55,873 nucleotides of DNA, filler included, from Streblomastix strix (GCA_008636045.1; 3 parts of 3 records of this genome joined end to end with filler, not necessarily neighbours in it), one strand, 5' to 3'. Shown: positions 26,838 to 40,286, counted from the whole stretch's first letter. The notes: generated from the sequence alone by a model not told the origin. Numbers and translations are program-made.

Positions 26838-28851
26838 ATGTCAGACGATATTGAAAATTTAGTGCACGTTAGTGGATTTCCACCAGGTACCGGAAAAGAT
26901 GAAATATTGCGATTTCTTAGCAACTTTGGCGAAATATAGTATGATAAATTTATTTTATTTATAATATTTTTTATTTTTGAAAATGAATTCGCTATAGAAA
27001 TATTGAATTATAATCAGAATCAGGAAGGACATCCACTTCAGCTCTTGTATATTTTAAAACTGCTTCTGGATTGGAAAATGCCATAGATTAGAGTGGAAAG
27101 AAATTCCATAATAAAACAATAACCATTGAAGTTTGGAGAAAGCGAAGAAGATTAGAAGATGAAGAAGAAAAAGAAGATAATAGTGCTAATTTATAATAGA
27201 AATAGAAAAGTAGACTAAAACAAGAGCTTAAAGATGTTCCAGTAATGCTATTTATACTTCAATTTAATATTCTATTAAACTTTTAAATTATCAATCAAGG
27301 TTTCACTTCCACCTTCAGGAGATCTGGAACCACTCAGAAGTATCCGTCTAACATATGTACCCACTTGTATAGACATAGATTAATTCAATAACAATATAAT
27401 ATTTGGAATGAAGAGTTGTGGATTTGGTATTATAGATATAGAGACAGGCAAATTATAAATCATCAAAGGAAGGGAGAATAAAGCTTCTTCAGATCCTGGA
27501 CACTTCAAACCAATTCTCTGTTGTACAACCTGTAGATTAACCACTTCATCATAAACATATCATATCACAGGAAGTGAAGATAGGACCATTAGAGTGTGGG
27601 ATGCACGTTCATAACAGGAAGCTTTGGTATTGACTGGTCATCGTGGAAGTGTTACTGGATTAGTCTGTGCAGGAGGGAGTAATCAAGGGAATTAAATTGT
27701 TGATGAAGAGGAAGAAGGCGAGATCAATACTTAGAATGCTGTGGAAGTGAGTTAGAATATATTACTATCTTGTTCAGAGGATAAAACATTGAAAACGTGG
27801 GATTTAAAAGCGAGTAAATATTTGGACACTTCGTATGATAATTTATTATTATTTATATTTAATTTATAATATATGTATATTAACAATAAGATATGGTCAT
27901 ACATCCTCTGCAAATGCCATAGACTCTCTTAAACCAACTCGATGTGTCACTTCAGGAGATGATCTATCAATTAGAAATTGGGACATATGGGGTGGAACAT
28001 AAACAGTTCATACTGGTATGAATATAATTAATATATTATTGTATTATATAATTATATATACAATTTATATATTATAGGACATACATCTTCAATAGATTGT
28101 GTGAAGCTTCTAGATACAAATAGATTCATTGCAGGATCTCAGGATGGAGCAATTAGTATTTGGACAACTAATAAACGAACTCCTCGATTATTAATACCAG
28201 ATGCACATGCACATACAGTTACTATAACAAGACCATAAATAGTTGATAATATTGAATCTAAATCTGATGGAAAGGAATCTAAACCTATATAATCATTACC
28301 ATCTGAAATATCAGCATCTTAATATTTCACTTCAGTAATTCATCCTCAGAAATCTGAAACATAATAATAATAAATATAATCGTAACCAAATACTCATTCA
28401 GTTGTATAGATTCCAGTTAAACAAGAAAGATAAGCAGAATGGGTTTCATCAATTGCAGTTATTCCCTTTACGAGATTATTTGCATCAGGGTCGTGTGATG
28501 GACAGATTTAATTGTGGAATGTATAAAGAGATAATGCGAGTGAAGTTGCTAATATTGGTCATGTTAATATAACAGGTTTTGTTAATGGAATGACATTTAG
28601 AAAGATAGAAGGAGATGAAAGAACTATTCTTATAGCTGCTGTTGGATAGGAACATAGGTTGGGTAGATGGTTTGTATACTTAATATATAATATCTTAAAA
28701 TTATTCATAAATATTTTATTATTAATTTATTAATAGGAAAAGAATTAAAGAAGCCAGAAACAGTATCAATATATATAGACTTGATCCAAGTGCATCTCAC
28801 TCCATCAATCAAGCATAATCAAATGATTCACTTCACACGGATTCAAATTGA
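26838..28851 (+). CDS. RRP9: U3 snoRNP WD40 protein Rrp9/U3-55K with an N-terminal RRM domain
   Basis: N-terminal VHVSGFPPGTGKDEILRFLSNFGEI...ALVYFKT is RRM-like. WD40 repeats follow: GSEDRTIRVWD, LTGHRGSVTGL, CSEDKTLKTWD, GSQDGAISIW, WVSSIAVIPFTRLFASGSCDG. The Rrp9 hallmark AAVGQEHRLGRW is present with Q encoded by TAG. Five GT-AG introns. Confidence 0.88.
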
Positions 28852-29640
28852 GTTTTTTTATTTATTTTTCAATAATTTTAGATATTTTTTCATGAGTGTT
28901 TTTCTATAAATATTTTATTTATTTATTTATTATTAACATTTTATTATTAAATACAAAGAATTAAATGTTCATTGGCATGAAAAAATTTGTTGTAATATTA
29001 AATGAAGATATTACATGCCGTTCTTTAACATAATTATTCACTGATTCTAAAAACGGGCACTAATAATAAAGATCGTTTATTCCTTTACGCACCTGCGAAC
29101 TTATTCTATGTATATAAATTCTGATTTGGAATAACTATTTTTATTTGATTATATAATTGTAATGAAAATAACAAGAATATTGAAATAAAACGGACACTTT
29201 AATAAAATACACAAATTTCTCCAGTATTCTACTATCAAAAGACAATTTTATATTCTTATTATATATAATTTATTATTATAAATGCTATTAAAACTATTAT
29301 AGATATGTTAAACACGTTAAACTTTCGTTATTTTTTGATTCACATATTATAAATTTCATACGCAATCCTCACGTGCCCTTAGATACATTTTATATATTTG
29401 CTATTCAATTCTTATATATAACGATATTTATTAAATATTTAATGTATTTAAAATAATATTCAAAAACAAATAACTAAGATATTAGACAGATACATTATTT
29501 TCTCCTTATTTTCTCGTTTTTCCCATTTCTAACTTATTTAATTTTTATATCCAAAATAATTTTTATCATTTTAATTGCTGTATGCAAATTATTTATTTCA
29601 TTTTAATTTATTATTTAATTTTCTTAACAAAAGGACTAAA

Positions 29641-31483
29641 ATGAACTCACAAGAAAGTGCTAATAAAGATAACAATGAAACTTATGCCACTTTCTTGAAG
29701 TCAAATCGTCCAATACGGAAATGGAACGTTTGGCCAGGTAAAACATCTTTCTTTTGCAATGCGCATTGTGTCAAAGGGCATGGAAAGGGGCATTTCATAG
29801 GCGCAAATATGGTTCTCTTCATTCCGCCAATCATTTATTTTGCATTATGCTTTGCTCTTGTGAGAGGATATGCGCGTATCGGAATAGAAGTTGCTTTCCC
29901 ACTTTGCGTCGTTGTAGTTTTTATATTAATGTTCAAAACAGCCTTTACTAATCCAGGAATTGTGGAAAGATATTCTACACCATATTTTGTATACGTCTGT
30001 ATGTAATTATTCTTTATATATTATTTTTCTCATTAATACTATGATTCTGTAATTAGAAAAGTTGCATGACCAACCAAAGAATTTACATACATAATAATAG
30101 TTACGATTTTGTTCAACATGTCAGGCTATACGTCCACCGCGTGCCTCTCATTGTCCGAATTGTGATGCTTGTGTTGAACGTCTTGATCACCATTGTTGCG
30201 AAAATTTCCTTTATTCAAACTTATTTACTCTTAATTTATGTTTATTATTATAAATATTGCAGGTCCTTGGGTGGGCAATTGCATTGGAAAGAGGAATTAT
30301 CGATTTTTCTACTTCTTCATTCTTAGTTTAGTTATTTTGGTTTGTTTATTTATTTAAATGGTATAATAATCATTAGTTATGTTATTCGATTTCCATTACA
30401 GGGATTTATTTTTGATTTCTCCACACTATATCCAATTATTGATAGAGCTCGTGGTATGCATATAATTTATAGAAGAAATCATTTTTTTTATCAACATTTT
30501 ATTGCATTTAGATATCTTTTCAAAAGATAGTGAAATATAAAATAAGAAACTTCAAGTAACTAGATGGGTGTTCTGGTATTTATTAATATAATTAATTTAA
30601 TAAATATATTCTTTTATTTATTATATTTATTATATATATTATTTATCCATATAATAAACAGCATAATACTCTTTCTCTTTGCATCAACACTCACTGGACT
30701 ATTTACTGCATTCTTCACATTCCATAATAATCTCATTTCAAAGAATAAGACCACAAGAGAGAAAGTATATACATATATATTATATATAAATACATTAATT
30801 GAATTTCTTTATTAATTATATAAATCAGTTTAACTTACTTCTTGAAACAGAGAATCCATTTGATAAAGGAGTTAGAAGAAATTGTGCTGAAGCTCTTTGT
30901 AGCAACAGATATCCAAAGTATATATAATTAATGTTGAAATGACTTATTTTTATTATTATTATGCACTCTCTTATCATTTATAGAATTGACTTTAATGAAC
31001 CTCTTCCTAATTGGCATCCATTACTGGTCAAAGAATCAAAAGGAAAATTAATAGCAAAAGAAAACCAGGTCAAATTGGATTATTTTAAATTTGACAATGA
31101 AAATGCCTCAATGAAACAGCAAATGTCAGAAAAGAAGCAGAAATATGAAGTTATTGACCAGCCAGATGTAGAAATAAAGAAATCAACTGAGAAGACAAAA
31201 GATATTGACAATGAATAAGTAATGAGTGATAATGAGCAAGATTATGAGGAATATGATGATTTAGAATAAATATAAGGAGATTAGAACGAGAAAGAAGATG
31301 AAGGTGAACATATTAAAGAATCTGTTTCAGTACCTCCTCTCCCTCCTTATGATTATACATATTAGGAAGATATTATGAGGGATGAAGAAATGCATAAATA
31401 ATAGAATTAACCTAAACAATTATAATCTCCTTAATTATAATCCATTTAATAACCTAAGTAAAAGACTAAATAAATAGCTCCTA

Positions 31484-31525
<42 letters not shown>

Positions 31526-32694
31526 GATCTCCTTAATTATAACCCAAATCTTTATAATCTCCTTAGTAATAACCCAAATCTTTATAATCTTCTTAGTAAT
31601 AAACAAAATCATTATAATCTCCATAATTACAAACTTAATCATCATAATCACCGTAATAATAATAATCTAGATCTCTTTAATAATAATCTGGATCATTATA
31701 ATCATTATAATCATTATAATCACCATAATAATCTAAATCTCCTTAATAATAATCTGGATCATTATAATCTTTATAATCTTTATAATCTCCTTAATAATAA
31801 ACTAGATCTTTATAATATCCTTAATAACAATCTAAATCTCCTTTATAATAATCTAAATCATTATAATCTCCTTAATAATAAACTAAATAATAATCTTTAC
31901 AACAATAATAACCAAAAAGACAATCAACACCTTAAAGACAATCATCACCTTAAAGACAATCAACTCCTTAAAGACAATCAACTCCTTAAAGGTAATCAAC
32001 TCCTTAAATGTAATCATCACCTTAAAGACAATCAACTCCTCAAAGGTAATAATCTAATTAATTAGAAAAAATATCAAATCCATTTATGAATGTTTCATCT
32101 AATTAATAACCTACTAAATAACAATCTATTTAATAATAAGGGAATACAAATAATCCATTTATGAATGTTTCATCTACTCAACTGGACTTAGATTAGAATA
32201 AAGTGATGAATGAACCAGATTAACAAAGAAATACAAATTAGAATCAGAATCAGTAATTCAGAAAGAAAAAGAAAAAGAAAGGAAGTAGACCCATTATTGA
32301 TGGATAGGGATCCAATGATGCATATTCATAAGGAATGATATAAGATCGTCCACAACATTCAAATCCAGGTGGAGCTTTGGGATTCTTTGGTATCACAACT
32401 AATGGAATAGATGATAAGGCTCCATTTGGTGGTGCATATGTTGGTAATGGGAAATAAAACAATGCAAATATGTAGAAGAAGAATAAAGAAATTGAAATGA
32501 AGAGAATTTAACCAAAGATTCAAATGAGTGAAGAAGGAAGAGAAATAAAGAAGCCAAATGAGAAGAGAGATTTATTGAAGGATGAAGAAGGTCAGATCAT
32601 TAATGGAGATTAATAGAAACAATAAAATGGAAATAAATAATCGGAATAAGTGAAGAATTAAGAGAGATTTGAGGAGAGAAAAGATTACGAATGA
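29641..32694 (+). CDS. DHHC palmitoyltransferase, Erf2/ZDHHC9-like, with a long Q/S/P-rich C-terminal tail
   Basis: [89 protein letters not shown]. Seven phase-consistent introns. TGA at 32692-32694. Confidence 0.95.
31420..32050 (+). repeat. Coding low-complexity/minisatellite region: (TAA)n poly-Gln, QSP/SLQ units and about 7 copies of an 18-nt QRQS(S/T)P unit
   Basis: Visible tandem units such as taaagacaatcaactcct at about 31915-32050 and a (taa)n run at about 31485-31523. Confidence 0.85.
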
Positions 32695-33000
32695 CAAGGA
32701 AATGTTTTTTATAACGAAAAACCAAATTTAAATCAGTTTCTTATTTAGAAAAAGACATTTCACAGCAATTCACATTGTAATACCCGTCTTTTTTTGGTCT
32801 AAATTAATTTAGTTGTAAAAGTTTTATTTTAATAAAATATAATTTTTAGCGATCAATTATATTATAGTATTTATAGGATTAAAAACTAAACAGATAAATA
32901 AGGATGAGAGATGAAATAATGTGTAGTGGAGAGAGTAGATACCAACTATAAGACAGACAAGTGGAAGTGATCATGATTATCATTTCTTATTTATTTATAT

Positions 33001-34066
33001 TCATTTCTTTCTCTGTTATTAATCCAGACCATATCCACCAACCTTATTAAATAAATAATAAATAATAAACAATTAAATTGTTAATTAAACAGAAACAAAC
33101 TCCGAATTTTCTCTCGGCAGCTTCAAACTCAGAAAATTTGGCTGTATTTTCATTCTTTTATTCACGTTAAATCTTCTGGAATCGTCGATCAAGCCTAAAT
33201 AAATGAAATTACTAATGAATAAATGAAAGAACATAATATTATACCTTGAAATGTCATTCCCTCTTGCTAGTTGTCTTTCTTTACGTTCTTTATCCAATCT
33301 TTTCATCAGATTATTCTTCTCATTGATGTGTTACTATTTGAGTTGATTCAATAAACCAGCTCGTCTTGTTGCATCTTCCTTCTCAAAACTAGCGCGTTCT
33401 TATTCTTCCTGTATTATTAATTATGAGAATGGATAAGAAAAAATAAAAAAAAGTATGTTTTATACCAAAGCATCGGCTTTTACTTTTGCTCTTTGAGCTT
33501 CTGGGAATCTTCAGAAGTAAATACACATTTATTAAGTAAAATTAAACATAATATATAAATTATTATTTCATACTTTTTCAGTTTTGCGAATTCTTTCTCT
33601 GTAGCACGGAGATTGATAAGTTCATTTGATGGTTTGGGTGGTATTGGAATTTCGCGTTGCAAAGCTGCTTCCAGTTCTGCATATTCTTATTCTTGTTAAT
33701 ACTGCAAAACAATAAAAACAAATAAGAGTAAATGGATTTTATTAGAATATATTTTTAATAAAATTCAGGGCAAACATGAAGAACTTCTAATTTGTGCGAG
33801 GCGTTTTCTTCAAATGTGTGCATCTCTTCATTCCACTCACCATCAAATTTATATTACATTGAATTGTACGTACGTCTTAAGGCGTCAGCTTTTCTTCGTT
33901 CTTCTTCTAGTAGTTGGGCGCGCTGTTTTTCCGATAATTTCTTTCTCGCGAGATCCAAACGCTTAGAAGTTTAATCAGCATCATCATATCTCCCTTCTGA
34001 AGCTAGCATGTTAATAGTTGATACCAACTAGTTTATTTCATTGCGTAAATCAGCAATCTCGGCCAT
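33001..34066 (-). CDS. Uncharacterised coiled-coil protein, 6 exons
   Basis: MAEIADLRNEINQL...EGRYDDAD...FDGEWNEEMHTFEE...PKPSNELINLRATEKEFAKLKKFPEAQRAKVKADAL...-TGA at 33001-33003. All introns are GT-AG and in phase. An additional upstream exon cannot be excluded. Confidence 0.8.
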
Positions 34067-35639
34067 GAATAACTGAAATAAATTAAAAAATGTATATAAA
34101 ACAATAAATAGAACCTAAATATTAATATATTTATATAAAATATTGTATGAAATTAATATATATAATATTTAAAAAATGTTTTAACTATGATTTCAAATAG
34201 CATGCAGTTTTATTTTGTAAATTTTGTTTTTATTTGTTTTCCAAGGCAAGAAGGAGATATTCTGGAAATTGAATCATAATATTGTGTTAAAGTGTGTACA
34301 TATATTTTATAAAAGCTGCTAAAATGATTATTTGACCTTTTCTTAAAAACCGTTTTAGCCCTTTTCTTGCTCGAAAAAAAACGTTTTCTTCTAGATTCAA
34401 TATGTTATTTACTATAAAAATATAAATTTTAATTTATTTTTAGAAAAAATCTGAAATTGTTTATAGTTTGAAAGTTAAATATTAGTTCCAGAATTTTATC
34501 TATTGTAAAACATTTCTCGCAGAATCCACATTTGAGACAGGATGTTGGATAATCATATTTGGCCATTATGTCATCATCAATTTCATCTTATTCCTATGAA
34601 ATTAATTAATAATATTATTATTATGAAAATAATTATTATTAAATTTAATAAATTCAAGTTTTATCTTATAATTACGATGTTTATGATTTATTCTAAATTC
34701 ATTCAGTTTTTTATTTTTTTTAACAATAACGCTCTTTTGTATTAATTATTTGAATTTAATGAATTAAATGAAGGTTGAAATAAAATATTCATTATGAATA
34801 TTAATAGAAAATTTGTTTAATATAAATATAACAGCGTTGGCTAAATCAAGATTTTGTTTTTTAATCATATTAAATAATTTAAATATATGAGATTGGTATA
34901 ATTTATCACTATATAATTATCTTTAGAAATAGGAAACAGGTCTACTTTAATCAACATAAATTAATAATATAGGTAAGTGCTAACTTTTCTTTTCATTTTT
35001 GCCAGTTTTTTTGGCATATATTAATCGTTTTTGGCGATTTTTAAATTTTAATGTTATTATAATTAAGATTAATAATGATTAAATCTTAAACATATTTTTA
35101 AATTATAATTTTACGAGATTAATATATTATTTTTCGATTCAAAAGAGGAAGATTTGTTTACTGAAGCATAAAATTTAGAAAATAAAAATTCTGTCGAATC
35201 AATTGAAAATTAAAATCTTTTACAATCGTTTAATTTTTAATTTGTATATCATTTTCTCTTTAATCCTAATCTAAATCTACGTATAAATCATTTTTTTAGA
35301 TTATTGCTTAACATTTTTACTGTCAAATTTGTTAAAATCAATATTTCTTTTGAATACGAATGTACTGAGATCTTTCTGACTGCATTTCATAGAAAATTAA
35401 AATGTTCCTTCAAATGAAAAAGAAAGAAATAATTGTACTAAACTACCAAATTTATGGATGATTTTAACATTTCTGCAATTCTTTTTGTATGAAAACCAAT
35501 AATTATATTGACATCAATTTAACTTATATTTTTAATTTATTTTTAAATAAATCCAAATTAAAATTCTTTGATATCTTCAGAGGATAATTGTTTCTATTTT
35601 GTGACTTCAGTAAACCATATGATCAGAAAATGTATATAA

Positions 35640-35930
35640 AAATATGTATTTTTGCGAAATAACTTGGAAGTACAACAACAATTATTCCGGAAATCCTATA
35701 TATAACTCAATAGTTGTCGTTTCACATGCAGCATCAGTCTGTAGATTTTCAAAAGAACATTCTGAATTTGCATAAGCTGGAAAACTTATTGTTCTTCCAT
35801 CTTACCTATAAGCCTGCGTTGAAGCAGGAGCAATGCTTAGTTGGAAAGATTCTAATTATTATGCTTAGAAAATTGAAGATTAAAATTATTAATCCTATGA
35901 AAGTGATACAAATTCAACAATAATATATAT
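35640..35930 (+). pseudogene. Possible BRCT-like coding fragment
   Basis: The frame VVVSHAASVCRFSKEHSEFAQAGKLIVLPSYLQACVEAGAMLSW resembles the C-terminal half of a BRCT repeat. No clean gene model could be built. Confidence 0.3.
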
Positions 35931-35949
35931 GTACTGCATCACAGACTAC

Positions 35950-36090
35950 TAATTCTACCGCGCTAATTGTACCCATAATCTCCACGCTAAATCACTATCA
36001 AAATTAAGGCATAATTCTGCCGCGCTAATTGTACCCATAATCTCGACGGCTGGCGACTATACCTACAAAACACCATAATCTCCGCGCCAA
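35950..36090. repeat. Short direct repeats (34-nt unit twice plus a partial copy)
   Basis: taattct(a/g)ccgcgctaattgtacccataatctc at 35950 and 36012, and ccataatctccgcgccaa at about 36073. Confidence 0.8.
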
Positions 36091-36187
36091 ATGACAATAC
36101 ATCAAAATGACGTAAATTTTTTACAACTTACAACTATTTTATGCATGATAATTGAAGGCATAAACCTTATGACAAAATAATCCAACA

Positions 36188-36955
36188 TCACTCAATTAAA
36201 TAATGATCAGCACTAATTCCATACATAAATGGAACACAACATCCATTGGATGATACAACCATTTTATTATGAATATCTGTTAGCGCTGATTTTTCCATAC
36301 TAATCATTGACATTACTCCCATTTTAATCTATAAATTATTAGTTGTCAAATTGATGTTACACCCCTCATTCAAGCATTCAATGTAGTCATTTGTTGTTAT
36401 ATTTGCCTTCTACTCACTAACTTCTTTCAACCTATTCACTAATGATACTATGTCATCATTTTATTCATTTCCGTTGAACAAACTATAACATTTAAGTGCG
36501 AGACATACGATATTTTCACCTTATGATTCATTTGTGATACCCATTAATTTCTTTTCTTCAGCAACAGTACAATTGTCCCATGGAAGCCACTCTTTATAGT
36601 GCTAGTCATAGGACCCCTAGTCTTTAATCGCATACTTCAATCCTTATTTATAACCTTCAATTTATGATCCAGAAATAGTTAAATACATTGAATCAGTACA
36701 CATATTACAGAAATGAACTCAATCCATATCAATACATTAATAGAGGAAGTTATATACAAAATTTAGATACCAAAACTTGCTATTGTCTAATATGAATACT
36801 GCTTCTTGAAGTGGTTTATTACACTTGAATTATCTAGGTGACTCACTAACCATATATTATGCTTCTTCAATAACTTCACCATCAGAATTGTATATATCAT
36901 CACTTAATTTCATAGTTGCTTTATAACAATAATTTAATTATTTGATTGAAGCATG
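36188..36955 (-). mobile_element. Decayed C-terminal fragment of a Polinton/Maverick-type protein-primed DNA polymerase B
   Basis: CNKPLQEAVFILDNSKFWYLNFVYNFLYQCIDMD*VHFCNMCTDSMYLTISG...EKKLMGITNESQGENIVCLALKCYSL...KSALTDIHNKMVV. In-frame TGA at 36719-36721, DTDS changed to CTDS, and a frameshift near the 3' end. Confidence 0.78.
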
Positions 36956-37093
36956 TCGAGCATCATTAAAGGATATCAGTAGTAGGCAAAAGAATCCCAC
37001 TGCCCTATGGAATTAAAACTTAAAAATAACGGAAAAACAATAGTGGATATAATCAATCGTAATGAAAAATGAAAATAATTTATGTATGAATTG

Positions 37094-37218
37094 AGTGAAA
37101 AATAAATAATATGAATGATTTACGGATAGGATTTATGGATATGATTTACGGTAATGATTTACGGTTATGGTTTATGTATGAGCAATGGATGAAATATGGA
37201 AAATGAATAGGATTTATG
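37094..37218. repeat. Degenerate minisatellite (ATGATTTACGG / GGATTTATG units) at contig end
   Basis: atgatttacggataggatttatggatatgatttacggtaatgatttacggttatggtttatg is read directly from the sequence. Confidence 0.75.
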
Positions 37219-37318
37219 NNNNNNNNNNNNNNNNNNNNNNNNNNNNNNNNNNNNNNNNNNNNTTAATTAATTAANNNNNNNNNNNNNNNNNNNNNNNNNN
37301 NNNNNNNNNNNNNNNNNN
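37219..37318. other. Artificial contig linker (N run with TTAATTAATTAA)
   Basis: Same 100-nt linker as at 18561-18660. Confidence 0.97.
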
Positions 37319-37444
<126 letters not shown>

Positions 37445-37500
37445 CTTATTATTGTTTCATTTTACTTTTTTAATTTATAATTATTACAATTTATTTTTAG

Positions 37501-37637
37501 ATTATAGATCGTAATGATGTACTCAAGCCTCTTTAGGTATTTAAATTCATAATATTAATAACATATTCTATATTAAATATTCTTTATTCTTAAGATTGAT
37601 CCATATCTTCTTGACAGAGAAGTATCTCATATATCAG
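37501..37637 (+). pseudogene. Two orphan exons resembling the segment preceding an ABC-ATPase signature (ABCE1/RLI-like)
   Basis: AG/GT-bounded exons 37501-37536 and 37595-37637 splice to IIDRNDVLKPLQIDPYLLDREVSHISG. The expected next exon (GGE.QR) was not found. Mirror copy at 55555-55691. Confidence 0.35.
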
Positions 37638-37945
37638 GTATATATCGAATATTATTGCAATTATATTAATTTATATTTATATTCATTATCAAACTATATA
37701 TAACATATTTAATCATAAAGAATAAATAAACTATATCTAAGAAGGATTCGAATTGAGTATAGTTAGCTAATATAATGTTTAAATTTTTGTTAATTTTCTA
37801 TGATAATATGAAATAAATTATAAATTTTCTGAATTTATTACAAAATTTGATTATTTAATAATTTATTGCATAAAATTATTGAAGTTAAATGAATAAAATT
37901 TAGTTAATTAATAATTTTAATTAAAATAATGATAATATTCATTAT

Positions 37946-40286
37946 TCACCAGCTATTTCTGAACAGTAGAGGCTGAACGGATCTTGTTCCTACTATTCTT
38001 AATTAGTTTGATGGTTTAGGTTTGCTTAAAAGAGGAGATATTTTATTTTAAATACTTAAAATTATTTAAAGTGGTTCATTATATTCTATTTCAATAAATT
38101 TATTTTCACCTTATTCGATATATTTTGCTGCTCTAATTTCTCCTTATATTTATTTTAAACATAAGTAGTTCATTTGATCTTCAATACAGAGAATTGATGC
38201 TAATCTTTCTCCTGCTGTTCGTTCATATCTTATAAATTATAATTTTGTATTAATTCCAATTGAATCAATCTCTTATATTGTTTAATTAAGTCCTCAATAG
38301 AATTTATTTCTGATTTCATACTTTTTCTACTAATTTTCCTTTTAAGATACCAGAAATGCTAATCACAATAAGATTTTGAATGTCCAGGAACAGAGAAGGC
38401 TTAAGTTATTTCATATTTCTTTGAAATATTTGAAGATGGAGATAATAATAAATGTTAAAAAATCGATGATCTAAAAGGAGTTCCATTGTCAGAATAGAAG
38501 TATACTTTTTAGAATGGTAGTGGAAAGGTTTGCATTAAGTGCTCAAAACAATCTTTTACAAAAATAGCATCTTTATTCTAACAATAACTAATATAATTAT
38601 ATATCATTTATTTAATTTGTTATTATTATTTATATTATATTATAAATGTTAATAAAGAGACGGATATATATTAATAGAAGTCTGGAGATAATTAAAATCT
38701 TTTAATTCCAAGGCGAAGATTTTCGGAAAAATCAGATAAAATTATGTATTCATTTTAATTTAGATTGTTTAATAAATGTTATTATTATTATCTTTAAATT
38801 ATTTTATCTTCTCTATGTTATATTGCACTAATTAATTATTCATTTTGCTATTGTGTGTTCTAAATATCCTATTCAGAATTCATAAAGGTTTTCATCAATT
38901 AACAAATAATGCAAAGATCAGTTGATCTTTTTGGATATTAGATTCTACCTTTTAACATAATCTTAAATAATGTGAATGATACTGCTGATTTGCCAGTTCG
39001 ATTTACGTAAAGGATGTACAATTCTTCCCTGGTATATATTGAAATTAATACATTATATTTCTCATATTTAGTTGTATTCATTTAATATTTCCTTTTTGGA
39101 TGTAATTATTCATTACTATTTAGATTATTTTAAATATTTGGGGTTAAAATAGAAAACATTGAATTGCTTTACTGTTTCATTTAAATTTAACTTTTGATAT
39201 TTACTACTGTTTCAATTTGATTAATTTAATTATTTTCATTATAAGATTCAGAAGTCTTTAGTTAAGATTTTTATTTATTTAATAACATTGGAGAATAATT
39301 TGGAGTTGATTAATGATAATCCTATTTCACAACGCTTTTATTTGATGGAGGAGTTGCAACAAATGATTCAGGGATTTAATTTTAAATTTATTTTAAGATG
39401 TTAAATTTGATGATATTATATTAAAATTATTTTATTTAGAAGTAGAATTTTATGATTATTTTAAATTTAATTAACTTGTTTATTCATTTACGTTTTACTT
39501 ATATTATTTAGATTATATATTTCTTCTTGCATTTAATAAATTATTATAAATGTTTGTTGATTTTTTTTTATTTCTTTCGTTTATTTTCATTATTTATTCT
39601 TAACTTTTATTAATATCAAAATCTTTATTCATTAAGTTTTAATCAAAATTTTATAATTAATCATTATCATTTAATTCTTAATTATTTTAATCATTATCTT
39701 TAATTACACTTTCATCTTTATCTTTAATCATTTCTTATTAATTTATTTAAACTTCTTATTCATTAAATTAATGTTTCAATATCCAAATAATTATGTTTGA
39801 TAGCTCACAGTATGGCAATATTGTTTAAATTATTTCATTAAATTTTTTTTAATTATAATTACTTTTATGATTAATTTTTGTTTCTTATTATAATTGCCAT
39901 CTCTTTGCATCTCTTATTGTATAAAAGTGCAAATGAAATCCATTTTCATTTAATGTTCTAGTTTTTTATTCTAATTAATATATTAATAGTAGAAATTTTT
40001 ATTTATGTTTTCCATTTAATTCTTTGTAATAATCTGATGCATATTATAAAAATGAATTTTTTTCATTATTAATTTGATTGTTCATATCTTTCTTAATCGA
40101 TTTACCAATTTTAGTGTAGTTAAGAATAAATTGCAACAAAGATTTAGTGTTATTCTTAGTAATTTTGTTTAAAATTTAAATTAATCTTTTAGAAAAATAT
40201 TTTCTAGTACTGAATTTTAATTCTGAAAAGCTTTTATTAGTTGCTTTACCTAATACAAATGTTAGTAGTTTATCTGTTAGAATCAT
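37946..40286 (-). mobile_element. Frameshifted Sola-like DDD transposase (left-arm copy)
   Basis: Reverse complement of 52906-55246. Confidence 0.7.

Noticed and set aside
35950..36090. CRISPR-like repeat-spacer pattern
   Set aside because: Only two full imperfect copies, eukaryotic context and no cas genes.
18561..37318. TTAATTAATTAA palindromes within N runs as a biological motif, and gene neighbourhoods across them
   Set aside because: They are identical synthetic linkers. The three pieces are 18560, 18558 and 18555 nt, consistent with length-sorted unrelated contigs, so no linkage can be inferred.
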